Positions 49,036 through 60,896 of a DNA stretch of 64,000 nucleotides are shown piece after piece. Below the pieces are notes generated by a model. The model did not search any database and had not been told where the DNA came from. It worked only from the letters and a program-made list of their open reading frames with translations. The position numbers and the translations under genes were made by a program. The stretch covers positions 5,580,001 through 5,644,000 of the forward strand of contig JBNRSN020000010.1 in NCBI GenBank assembly GCA_051313645.2, given 5' to 3'. Within the stretch, counting starts at the first letter, position 1; the number at the start of each line of letters is the position of its first letter. Origin of the DNA: Centroscyllium fabricii. Its lineage: Eukaryota.

Positions 49036-49880
49036 CTATCAGCAAGGTTATTGCTGCCTTACACCTTTGTACCACGGGGTATACCTGCGTAATCCCTGTA
49101 AGAGTACATGCGCTTAATGGGCCAGGGTTTTGACTTGGGTTGCGGAGTTGGGTGCCATTGATCCAATCTGGCACTTCACCCCGCTGTTCCTGTGCCAGAT
49201 TGTGTCTCAATTGCCCGACAGTCCACTGACCATACGCATGGCACAGATTCCGCTTAATCTCATTCCTCATTTGTTCTTCACCCCTTAGGTTTAATTGGTT
49301 GGTGGCGCTGGCCTGATTCTCCATAACCTTTATTACTTTGAGTAGCTCCCCCACTGTTTGCTCACCTAATCCTGCCCCTGTGGCTGACAGGCCCGTTTCC
49401 CTCTTCAATATTTGTTGTATTCCCTTTCTGTGCTCCTCTGGACTGCTTGGATATCGAGTGCATTGACTATTGCAGTTCTCATATTTACCCCTGTGAGGTT
49501 ATCTGTTGCTAACCCTCTCCTAGTCCTGTGGTGGAATGCAGCAGGCCCTCGGAAAGTGGTCAGGCCGGTCGCATCCGCGGCGTTAGTTATCACATTCATT
49601 ACCGTATCGTCATACAGCCTCAGTTTTTCTAAATTCGTCACAATATATAGGCCACTGTGACATTGTCCAATTCATCAGGATTGGTATAACCTCGTGCTTT
49701 GTTATCGTACAATAGTTCTCCTTCAGTGAATAGCTCCAGTCCGTTCTCGGGCCCAGGCGTCAACTTTGGACACCTCCGTTCTTCAGGTGTTGTTGGTTCG
49801 AGGGTTAATCCTTGTGGTGTGGTCCTTGGGGTTGTCGGGTGAGGTGTTGTGGTGCTGTGTGCAATGTCCATCTTATAACA
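49036..49880 (-). pseudogene. env: env central part: Thr/Pro-rich stretch, furin site RTRR, fusion peptide and heptad region
   Basis: STTTPHPTTPRTTP...RCP; HHRTRR|GLATDNLTGVNMRTAIVNALDIQAVQ; NLCHAYGQWTVGQLRHNLAQEQRGEVPDWI; frameshifted over three ORFs. Confidence 0.75.
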
Positions 49881-50122
49881 ATGATAACAAAATACTGCAG
49901 ATGCTGGAAATCCAACACAACAACAGAAAATGCTGGAAAAACTCAGCAGAAAAACTGATTGATAAAGGGAACTACCTAAAACGTTCACAACTAGGGGGAA
50001 TCAAGAGGTATGGTGAGAAAGCAGGAATGGGGTACTGAGGTAGCATGTTCAGACATGAACGCATTAAATGGCGGTGCAAGCTCGAAGGACCGAATGGTCT
50101 ACTCCTGCACCTATTTTCTATG

Positions 50123-53100
50123 TGATACCTTATCAATAACCTCGGGGATGAGAAGTTATGGGTGAATAAAAGGCTTTTATTTGCTAAGACATGGGCATGA
50201 CCCAGCTAGTCGACTGCTCCCGGAATGATCGGGGGGAGGGCATGCCCCAGCTTGTCGACTGCTCCCGGAATGATCGGGGGGAGGGAGACAGTCACCTTTA
50301 TACCTGGTCCAGGGAGGAGGAGCCACAGGCGGAGTCAGCATGGGCATGCCCAGACAAGCTATACAGGGAGAACTATATACACACAGAGAGGGTCATACAT
50401 ACAATGCTAAAGGTTATAGATATGGTACAGATATTGTAACCGTTATATAGTGTTTATTACCACTGTAATAGTGAAGCACAATATCAACCAGCATGTATCG
50501 CGGCTGGGTGCACCATACACTGTTTTGTATTGTGACACTGTCACGGGGTCAGGTCAGCCACACCTCTAACTCCTCCCCTCAGGTGAGTGCCTTATAGGTG
50601 GGGTCTGACCTGGCCCCATTCATTCTGTACCTGATGTTCGACCGGAGCGTAGCTCCTTTCTAAAGCTAATAAAAGCCTATAGTTAAGGTAACTACTCGGC
50701 TTTTGTATTATTGACGATACGTCAATTTTATTAGCTTTAAAGTTTTAAATGGAGAGCGGCGCTGTGAAACCCGAAAAGCTGGACGTCAGTCCACAGGACC
50801 CAGCCGCCGCCAATACATTTGAACACTGGTTCAGTCTTGTCGAGGCCAACATGGAGGGCGACAACCGACGGGAACAAACTATACGTTCTCACATCGAGGA
50901 TCTCCAGCCGGGTATACACCTTCATCCGCGACGCTAAGGCGTACACTGAAGCCGTGGAAAAACTGAAGGCATGCTACGTGCGCCCGGTCCAGTCGGTCTA
51001 CGCCAGACATGTGCTGGCGACCAGACAACAACTAGTTGGTGAGTTCAACGAACAGTACCTGTTGGCGCTCCAAGCCCTTGTCCGGGCCTGTGACTGCCAG
51101 ACACGGACGGCACAGGAGGAGGCGAATCTCCTCGTCTGGGACGCCTATGTAACGGGGATCAGGTCCGCCCAGGCCCGCCAGCGGCTGCTGGAAAAAGAGA
51201 CACTAACGCTGGAAGAGGCGATCTCCCTCTCCAACGCTGTGGATGGCGCGCGCCGCAGATTAGAGGCGTACAGCGGCCAAAACCCACACGCCACCTTCGA
51301 CTCCTGGGCGGCCTCACGGCGGGTTGAGACCCCCACAACGGCAGCGGTAGCTGCGAAGACATCGGAGGATAAAAGGTGTTATTTCTGCGGCCAGGGACTA
51401 CACCCGCGAGCGAAATGCCCCGCGAGGACTGCGACCTGCGAGATGTGTAAGAAAAAGGGACACTACGCCAGGGCCTGCAAATCGGCCCCGGCGCCCAGCT
51501 CCAGACACAACAGCGCGGCCTGCGAGAGCTCCAACGCCGGCCCTTGGCCTCAGGTAAGCTGCAGTTGCAGCGTGACCCAGCGACGGTCCGGGGGTAGGGT
51601 ACAAGCGCCCCCATCTCCCACCCTGATATGGCAGAGGCCGGCCGTGCACACGGCAAGCCAAACTCGGCCACGGCCGGCCATGTGCGACCCCCCAACACCG
51701 GCATCTCGCCCAGCGCGGCCCGCTGCGTGCGAATCACGGGCGCCGCCAACCCAGCCACCGCGGCCCGCTGCGTGCGAACCACGGGCACTGCCACCGCATC
51801 CACAGCGACCCGCCACGTGCGAATCACGGGCGCCGCCATCTTGTCCGCAGCGACCAGCCATGTGCGACCCCCCGGCGCCGCCATCTTGTCTTCAGCGGCC
51901 AGCCATGTGCGACTCCCCGGCGCCGCCATCTTGTCCACAGCGGTCGGCCATGTGCGAATCACGGGCGCCGCCATCTTGTGCACGGCCCCGGCTAGTGGAG
52001 GGCTCCCACACAAGCACACACACTTCGGCCTCAGCCACGGTCGACCAGGCTAGGCCGCACATCCTATCAAATTCCATGATGGGGATTAAAGTCAACGGCC
52101 ATGCCACTAACTGCCTGTTCGACACCAGAAGCACAGAGAGCCTCATCCACCCCGACACAGTGCGGCGCTACGGACTGCAGACCCTGCCCACACGCTACCA
52201 AATCTCCCTTGCTTCACAGTCCCACACGGCGGACGTCTCCGGCTACTGCTCCGTCATGCTCACAGTCAGGGACTGCGTGTACCGTAATTTTAAATTGTAC
52301 ATACTCCAGCAGTTGTGCGCCCCAGTCTTGCTGGGACTGGATTTCCAATGCCACCTGAAGAGCATCACAATGGAGTTCGGCGGGACCCTGGCCCCCCTCA
52401 CCGTCAGTAGCCGGGATAATCCCTTCCTAAAGCGGAGCCCGACTTGCGGCCTTTCCACCCTGAAAGTTGACCCCCCCTCGCTGTTCGCCAACCTCGACCC
52501 AAACTGCAAACCCATTGCTACTAAGAGTCGGCGTTACAGTGCAGGGGATCAGACAGTTATCAGGTCGGAGGTCGGGCGTATGCTGAAGGAGGGGATAATT
52601 GAAGCCAGCACCAGCCCCTGGCGGGCCCAGGTCGTAGTGGTTAAGACTGGCGAGAAACTGCGGATGTTGATCGACTACAGCCAGACCATTAACCGCTACA
52701 CCGGGCTCGACGCCTACCCACTTCCCCGCATCTCGGAAATGGTTAACCAGATCGCCCAGTACAAGGTGTTCTCCACAATCGACCTTAAGTCGGCGTATCA
52801 CCAACTCCCGATCCGGAAAGCCGACCGCCCGCACACCGCCTTCGAGGCGAACGGTCGGCTCTACCACTTCCTCTGGGTCCCCTTCGGCGTGACCAACGGG
52901 GTGTCGGTATTCCAGAGGGAGATGGACCGCATGGTTGACCAGAACGGGTTGCAGGCCACTTTCCCCTACCTGGACAACATGACCATCTGCGGCCATGACC
53001 AGCAGGACCACGATGCCAATCTGGCCAAATTCCTCCACACGGCGAAACGGCTCGATCTCACGTACAATAAAGATAAGTGCGTCTTTAGTACAGATCGGCT

Positions 53101-56100
53101 CGCCATCCTCGGATACGTGGTGGAAAACGGGGTCCTCGGCCCCGACCCACAGCGTATGCGTCCCTTACAGGAACTGCCCCTACCTCACAACCCCAAAGCC
53201 CTGAAGAGATGTCTGGGATTTTTCTCTTATTACGCGCAATGGGTTCCCCAGTTCGCGGATAAGGCCAGACCGCTCCTCAAGGCTGCCGTCTTCCCCCTCT
53301 CGGTAGAAGCCCACACGGCGTTCGCCCGGATCAAGGAAGATATTATCAAGGCGACCATGCATGCCGTTGATGAGTCCATCCCTTTCCAGGTGGAGAGTGA
53401 CGCTTCGGACTTTGCCCTTGCCGCCACCCTGAATCAGGCAGGCAGGCCCGTAGCGTTTTTCTCCCGCACCTTACAGGGACCCGAAACTCGCCACTCTGCA
53501 GTGGAAAAGGAGGCCCAGGCCATCGTGGAGGCCGTGCGCTACTAGCGTCATTACCTGGCCGGTAAGCGTTTTACCCTGCTCACCGACCAACGGTCGGTCG
53601 CGTTTATGTTTAACAATAAACAAAAGGGTAAAATCAAGAATGATAAGATCCTGCGGTGGCGGATCGATCTCTCGACTTACGAGTACGACATTCTTTACCG
53701 ACCAGGCAAACTAAATGAACCCCCGGACGCACTGTCCAGGGGAACATGCGCCAGTGCCCAGCTAGACCGGCTGAAGGAACTCCACGATCGCCTCTGCCAC
53801 CCGGCTATCACCAGACTTGCCCATTTCGTTAAGTCCCGTAGCCTCCCCTACTCCATCACGGAGATCAAGGCTATGACCCGAGAGTGCCCTGTTTGCGCCG
53901 AGTGCAAACCCCAATTTTACAGGCCAGACACGGCACACCTCATTAAGGCCACCCGCCCCTTTGAACGTCTAAGCGTGGACTTCAAAGACCCCCTCCCCTC
54001 CACCGACCGCAACTCGTACTTCCTCACAGTCGTAGACGAGTTCTCCCGCTTCCCCTTCGCCTTCCCCTGCCCAGATATGACGAGCGCAACGGTGATCAAA
54101 CACTTCACTACGCTGTTCCCCATTTTCGGTCTCCCCAGCTACATCCATAGCGACCGGGGGTCGTCGTTCATGAGCGACGAACTGCGTCAGTTTCTGCTTC
54201 AGAAAGGGGTTGCCTCAAGCAGAACGACCAGTTACAACCCCCGGGGGAACGGCCAGGTAGAAAGGGAGAACGGGATCATCTGGAAGGCGGTCAGCCTGGC
54301 CCTGAAGTCCAGAGGCCTTCCAGTGTCCCGTTGGCAGGCAGTCCTCCCAGACGCGCTGCACTCCATCCGCTCTCTGCTGTGTACGGCTACCAACGCCACA
54401 CCTCACGAATTGCTCTTCTCCTTCCCCAGGAAGTCGACTTCGGGGACAGCACTCCCACCATGGCTCACGATGCCGGGGCCGGTCTTACTTAGAAAGCATG
54501 TCCGCGGCCATAAGACCGACCCCCTGGTGGAGAAGGTGGAGCTACTGCACGCTAACCCACAGTACGCATACGTGCAGTTCCCGGATGGGCACGAGGACAC
54601 AGTTTCCATCAGGGACCTAGCACCCGCCGGGAGCACCGCAGCAGAGCCCCTGGTCGGGCCTCAGCCCGACCAGCCACTACCTAACAACCACTGGCCTACA
54701 CACCAACCACAACCCACCGGATTTTGGCCTATGCACACACACACACCGGAGACCCGCCACTACCAGCCGAGGACCAAGAACCGGACGCCGCACCGCAGGC
54801 ACAGCAGCAGCCGGAGGGCCCGGTCCCACCGACACTACCGGCACCAGCGCCGCCGACACTGCAGGCACCAGCGCTGCTAACAGAGGCCCGGCGGTCCTCA
54901 AGACAGACGCGACCGCCGGAGAGACTTATTATGAACTGCTCTGTCCATTCACCAAGCCGGAATTAATTTTCAAAGAAGGGGTGAATGTGGTAACCGTTAT
55001 ATAGTGTTTATTACCATTGTAATAGTGAAGCACAATATCAACCAGCATGTATAGTGGCTGGGTGCACCATACACTGTTTTGTAGTGCGACACTGTCGCGG
55101 GGTCCGGTCAGCCACAGCTCTAACTCCTCCCCTCAGGTGAGAGCCTTATAGGTGGGGTCTGACCTGCCCCCATTCATTCTGTACCTGATGTTCGACCGGA
55201 GCGTAGCTCCTTTGTAAAGCTAATAAAAGCCTAGAGTTAAGGTAACTACTCCTCTTTAGTATTATTGTATTATTGATGATACGTCAGATATATAACACAG
55301 TGGTTTACCACATTCACCCCTTGTTTAAAATAAAGTCCGGCGGGGTAAATGCTGTGCAACCATTAAATGTTCAGTCTGTCGGGTGGCCGGGTCTGCCTTG
55401 TCGAGCGGCGCACCGTTGGCGGCGGTGTCGGCGGTGGGGGTGTCGGCGACGGTGTTTGCTCCGATGCGGGGCCCCTTGCGGTAACGGTCACTGGCGCGCT
55501 CTTCCATTCGTCATCCGGCTGGTGGGTGCGTAGGTTAGGGGGCCATACCGTGCTGCCTGCAGGTGCTGGGTGGGCGTACCGTGGTGCTGGTGCCTCGAGG
55601 GGTATGACGTACCTTGGTGCTGGTGCCCCAAAGGTGGCGGTGGGCGGGGGGGATGCGGGCTGATTGGTCCTACTGGTCTCGGGGGCACCCAAGGGTGCCA
55701 GGTCCTTGATGGACACCGCATCCTCGCTCCCGTCAGGGTACACCACCTAGGCGTACTGGGGGCTGGCGTGCAGGAGGTGGACCCGTTCGATCAGGGGGTC
55801 CGACTTATGGCCCCTCACGTGCTTCCGGAGCAGGACGGATCCTGGGGATGATAGCCAAGACAGCAGCGAGGTCCCTGAAGCCGACTTCCTAGGGAAGGCA
55901 AAAAGTCACTCGTGAGGGGTGGCGTTAGTGGCCGTACAAAGAAGCGACCGAATGGAGTGGAGCGCTTCGGGGAGGACGTCCTGCCAGCGGGAGACTGGGA
56001 GGCCTTTAGACCGTAGGGCTAATAGGGTGGCCTTCCAGACGGTGGCGTTCTCCCTCTCTACCTGTCCGTTCCCCCGGGGGTTATAGCTGGTAGTCCTGCT

Positions 56101-59100
56101 CGGGGCGATGCCCTTGGCGAGCAGAAACTGACGCAGCTCGTCACTCATGAAAGAAGCCCCCCGGTCGCTATGGATGTAGCTGGGGTACCCGAACAGGGAG
56201 AAGATGCTGTGCGGTGTCCTAATGACCGTTGAGGAGGTCATGTCCGGGCAGGGGATGGCGAGTACTCGTCAATGATGTTTAGAAAGTACACGTTGCGGTT
56301 AGAGGAGGGGAGGGGCCCTTTAAAGTCGACACTGAGTCGCTCAAAAGGGCGGGTGGCCTTGATCAGGTGTTCCCGGTCCAGCCGGAAGAAGTGCGGCTTG
56401 CACTCCGCACAGACCCGGCAGTTCTTGGTCATGGTCTTGACCTCCTCGATGGAGTAAGGAAGGTTGCGGGACTTGATAAAGTGGACGAACCTGGTGACCC
56501 CCGGGTGGCAGAGGTCGTTGTGCAGGGTCTGAATACGGTCCACTTGTGCGCTGGCACATGTACCGTGGGGCAGGGCATCTGGGGGCTCATTGAATTTCCC
56601 GGGCCAGTACAAGATATCGTAAGTGAAAGCAGAGAGCTCAATTCTCCACCTCAATATCTTGTCATTCTTGATTTTACCCTGCTCTTTGTTGTTGAACATA
56701 AAAGCGACTGAGCGTTGGTCAGTCAGCAGGGTAAATCGTTTGCCGGCCAGGTAGTGCTTCCAGTGTCGCACTGCTTCAACAATGGCCTGGGCCTCCTTCT
56801 CAACGGAAGAGTGTCGGGTCTCAGGGCCCTGGAGGGTGCGTGAGAAGAAGGCCACGGGTCTGCCCGCCTGGTTAAGGGCGGCGGCCAGGGCAAAGTCGGA
56901 CGCATCGCTCTCTACCTGGAACGGGATGGACTCGTCCACAGCGTGCATCGCGGCCTTTGCAATGTCCTGTTTTATGCCGCAGAAGGCCATGCGGGCCTCT
57001 GCCGACAGGGGAAAGGAGGTTGATTTAATAAGTGGGCGGGCCTTGTCCGCATAATTGGGGACCCACTGGGCATAATAAGAAAAGAACCCCAGGCACCTTT
57101 TCAGGGCCTTGAGGGAGTGGGGGAACGGGAGCTCCAGGAGGGGGCGCATGTGGTCCGGGTCAGGACCGATGACCCCATTCTCCACAACACTGCCGAGGAT
57201 GGCGAGGCGGGTTGTCCTGAACACACATTTTTCCGTGTTATAGGTCAGATTCAGATTTTTGACAGTGTGGAGAAATTTCTGGAGGTTGGTGTCATGGTCC
57301 TGCTGATCGTGGCCGCAGATGGTAACATTATCAAGATACGGAAAGGTGGCCCGCAGTCCGTACTGATCAACCATTCGGTCCATCTCCCTTTGGAAGACCG
57401 AGACCCCGTTGGTGACACCAAACTAAACCCTGAGGAAGTGATAGAGGTGGCCGTCTGCCTCGAAAGCAGTATAGTGGCGGTCCTCTGGGCGGATGGGGAG
57501 CTGGTGGTACACAGACTTCAGATCGATGGTCGAGAAGACCCGATATTGTGCTATCTGGTTCACCATGTCCGCTATGCGGGGAAGGGGATACGCATCTAGC
57601 TGCGTGAACCGATTAATGGTCTGACTGTAGTCAACGACCATTCGGTGCTTGGCTCCGGTCTTTACCACCACTACCTGCGCCCTCCAGGGGCTATTACTGG
57701 CCTCGATGACCCCTTCCTTCAGGAGCCGCTTCGCCTCTGACTTAATAAAGTCTTTGTCCCCGGTTCTGTAGCGCCTACTTTTGGTGGCGACGGACTTGCA
57801 GTCCGGGGTGAGGTTGGCGAAGAGTGAGGGAGGGGCGACCTTAAGGGTCGTGAGACCGCAGGTAGCGCGTTGTGGGCACTGCGGGGAGCGCTGGTTGCTG
57901 ACCGTGAGCGGGGGAAGGGGCCCACCATACGCCATAGTCACGCTCTGGAGGTGACACTGGAAATCGAGGCCCAGCAGTAAGGGAGCGCAGAGCTGCGGCA
58001 GCACGAATAGTTTAAAATTTTGAAAATGTGCGCCCCGCACTGTCAGGGTCACAACGCAGCGACCACAGACGTCCGCGGATTCGGACTTTGAAGCCATCGA
58101 AATTTTTTGGCTAGCCGGTGTGACTGTTAGGGAGAAGCGCTTTACCGTATCGGGGTGTATGAAGCTCGCCGTACTCCCGCTGTCGAAAAGGCAGTCCGTA
58201 CTTTGCCCGTTCACCTGCACCGTCATCATCGATTTGCTGAGTGGTTGGCTCCTGTTCTGGTCAAGGGTGATGGAGGCCAGTATCGGGTCGGTCGAGTCAG
58301 TTGAGAGGTCTGGGGCCTGGTCCCAAGATGGCTGCCGCCACGCGGCGGTCTGTGTGGGAGATGGCTGTGTCCAAGATGGCGTCTGCTCCCACGCGGCGGG
58401 CTGTGTGGAGGATGGCTGTGTCCAAGATGGCTGGCCCCACAGGCCACACGCGGCGCTGCCCGGTTTGGAGGTCGATTGCGCTGCTGCTCTGCATACCTTC
58501 GCATAGTGGCCCTTCTTTCCGCACTTGGAGCAGGCCGCGTCTCTTGCCGGGCAATTTCGCCTGGGGTGCTGAGCCTGGCCGCAGAAATAACACTTTGGGC
58601 CTTTGGAGGTTGTGGCCGCAGTCATCTCATCCGCTGGTCGCAATGCGGCCGGCTGTGTCCAAGATGGCGGCGTCCGCGATGTGCGCGCGTGGTCAGAGGA
58701 GTAAGCGGCCATATTATGTGACGCCAAGTCCAGCGAGTTTGCAAGTTCAATCGTCGCCTGCAGGTCCAGGCCATTCTGCTCCAACAATCTCTGCCTGATA
58801 TAATCTGACCTGAGGCCGGTAACATAAGCGTCCCTGATGAGGCTTTCGGAGTGCACTAAGGCCGTCTGTGACTTACAGTTGCAGGCCCGGCAGAGGACTC
58901 TCAGCGCTCGTAGGAACTCCACGCCCGATTCCCCGGGTTGCTGCTTTCTGGTGGCCAGGAGGTGTCTGGCGTAGACGATGTTCGGTGCCCGGGTGTATTC
59001 GGCCTTCAGGATTCGGACCGCCTCGGTATAGGACGTAGCATCCGCGATTATTGAGTACACCTGGGGGCCCACCCGGGCGTTGTGAAGGCGCAGTTTGTCT

Positions 59101-59544
59101 CTGTCCGTCTGGATGATCGACGCGGTGGCTTCGAGGTACGCCTCGAAGCAGTTGAACCAGTGCGTAAACGTGTTAGAGGTGCCTGGTGTGTGGGGATCCA
59201 GTTCTAATGTCGCTGGTTTTAGCATTAGCTCCATGATGAAATGTAGCGAATAAAATTGAAACCTTATCAATAACCTCGGAGACGAGAAGTTATGGGTGAA
59301 TAAAAGGCTTTTATTCGCTAAGACATGGGCATGCCCCAGCTAGTCGACTGCTCCCGGAATGATCGGGGGGAGGGAGACAGTCACCTTTATACCTGGTCCA
59401 GGGAGGAGGAGCCACAGGCAGAGCCAGCACGGGCATGCCCAGACAAGCTATACAGGGAGGACTATATACACACAGAGAGGGTCATACATACAATGCTGAA
59501 GGTTATAGATATGGTACAGATATATAACACAGTGGTTTACCACA
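50123..59544 (-). mobile_element. Gypsy LTR retrotransposon C, full length, degraded
   Basis: 5' LTR 59257-59544; 3' LTR 50123-50434 plus 55292-55312 (split by Gypsy B); TSD CTATG; gag-pro-RT 57423-59270, RT-RH-IN 56238-57383, IN 55363-56241 with stops and a frameshift. Confidence 0.96.
50435..55286 (+). mobile_element. Gypsy LTR retrotransposon B, full length, nested in the 3' LTR of Gypsy C
   Basis: LTRs 50435-50724 and 54986-55286; TSD GATAT; PPT AGAAGGGGTGAA; gag-pol essentially in one frame (50749-54966) with a frameshift near the start, a TGG>TAG stop at 53543-53545 and a late frameshift; close relative of Gypsy A. Confidence 0.96.
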
Positions 59545-59636
59545 CTATGTTTCTATGTGTTTCTCTCCACCGATGCTGTCTGAACTGCTGAATTTTTCCA
59601 GCATTTTCTGTTGTTGTTTTAGTCCATCTTATAACA

Positions 59637-59990
59637 TTGTCCACACAGCTCAGGACATATCCTTCCCCCTACTTGACCCAACACCTGCCAGTGTCTATTA
59701 CATCTTACCATATTGCTGGCATTTGTCATTCCACTTGGTCCGCATGTTCATTGATCCAAGTTCACCCAGGTACCGTTACACCCGGAGCACCCCTTTCCTT
59801 GTTTTTCACACTCGTAGCTGTTTGACATGGTGAAGCCTCCCGTGGAGTCGCCATTGGGGGATCTTAACTTGCAATCCATTTCTTCCAGCCCGTTATTTGG
59901 GTTTACAAGTGCCGTCATCAGGGTTGTTGTGACAATCCATCTTATGGGATCCATGTTTATCTGTAATTTAAACAGAGATCTGGTCGTCAC
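59637..59990 (-). pseudogene. env: env N-terminus (signal-peptide-like, Cys-rich)
   Basis: MDPIRWIVTTTLMTALV...DCKL...YECEKQGKGCSGCNGTW; directly downstream of integrase and joined to 49880 through the 15-bp duplication. Confidence 0.6.
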
Positions 59991-59999
59991 CAGATGTTA

Positions 60000-60896
60000 G
60001 TGCGTCCTTTATGCCCGTTTTTCCTCCATTCCTGTCATTTCAATTGTGTGTTATGTTTCCACCTACCCCCAACCTTTAATGTCGACCCAAGTGCAAGTGT
60101 TGCTGGTCATAATCACTTCGAATGGTCCGGTCCGCCTCAGAGAATCCTGACCTATCCGCTGGGACCTGGATGAATACTCGGTCACCCACTACGGGCGAGG
60201 GTCCTGATATTCCTCCAGTCTAGTTATCCCTATCTCTAATCTCTTCCCTTATTTCTCTCCTGAGCCCCTTTAGTTGGTGGTCTAATGTTTGTACATAACA
60301 CCTGATTTTGTCCCTTATTGGTCCTAATTCCTCACTCCCAGAGGCCACAGCTTCGGGCAGCTGTATTGCACGTCTGGTCACAAGTTCATATGGTGTAAAC
60401 CCGGTCATTCTACGAGGAGTTGCCCTGAACCATATTTGGATACATAGAAACATAGAAGATAGGAGCAGGAGTAGGCCATTCGGCCCTTCGAGCCTGCTCC
60501 GCCATTCAATGAGATCATGGCTGATCATCCAAACCCAGTATCCCGCCCCTGCCCTCCCCCATATCCCTCGATCCCTATCGAGTCTGCATCGACACATATC
60601 CCACTCTATCCCTGTAACCCCACATATTTAATCGCCCTAACACTTAAGGGTAAATTTATCCTGGCCAATCAACCTAACCCGCACATCTTTGGACTGTGGG
60701 ATGAAACCGGAGCACCCGTAGTAAACCATACACAGGAGGACGTCCAGCCACCTTGTCCGGGCTCGGTTATTGCCTTTGTTACAGTCGTATTTATGGTCCG
60801 GTTCATCCGTTCCACCATCCCTGAGCTTTGCGGGTGATCGGGTACGTGGTCTGTCCTTCGTTTTTGCACGACTGTCTTCCACCGTACATCGATTAC
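60000..60896 (-). pseudogene. Integrase remnant of the provirus, split by a V-SINE (60443-60717)
   Basis: HVPDHPQSSGMVERMNRTI and RATPRRMTGFTPYELVT.R. Confidence 0.85.

Larger units (their letters stand above)
49881..59621. mobile_element. Short Penelope-type element with inverted arms, hosting a CR1 tail and Gypsy B and C
   Basis: 15-bp duplication GTCCATCTTATAACA at 49866-49880 and 59622-59636; arms ACAACAGAAAATGCTGGAAAAACTCAGCAG / CTGCTGAATTTTTCCAGCATTTTCTGTTGT resemble 11030-11095. Confidence 0.75.
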
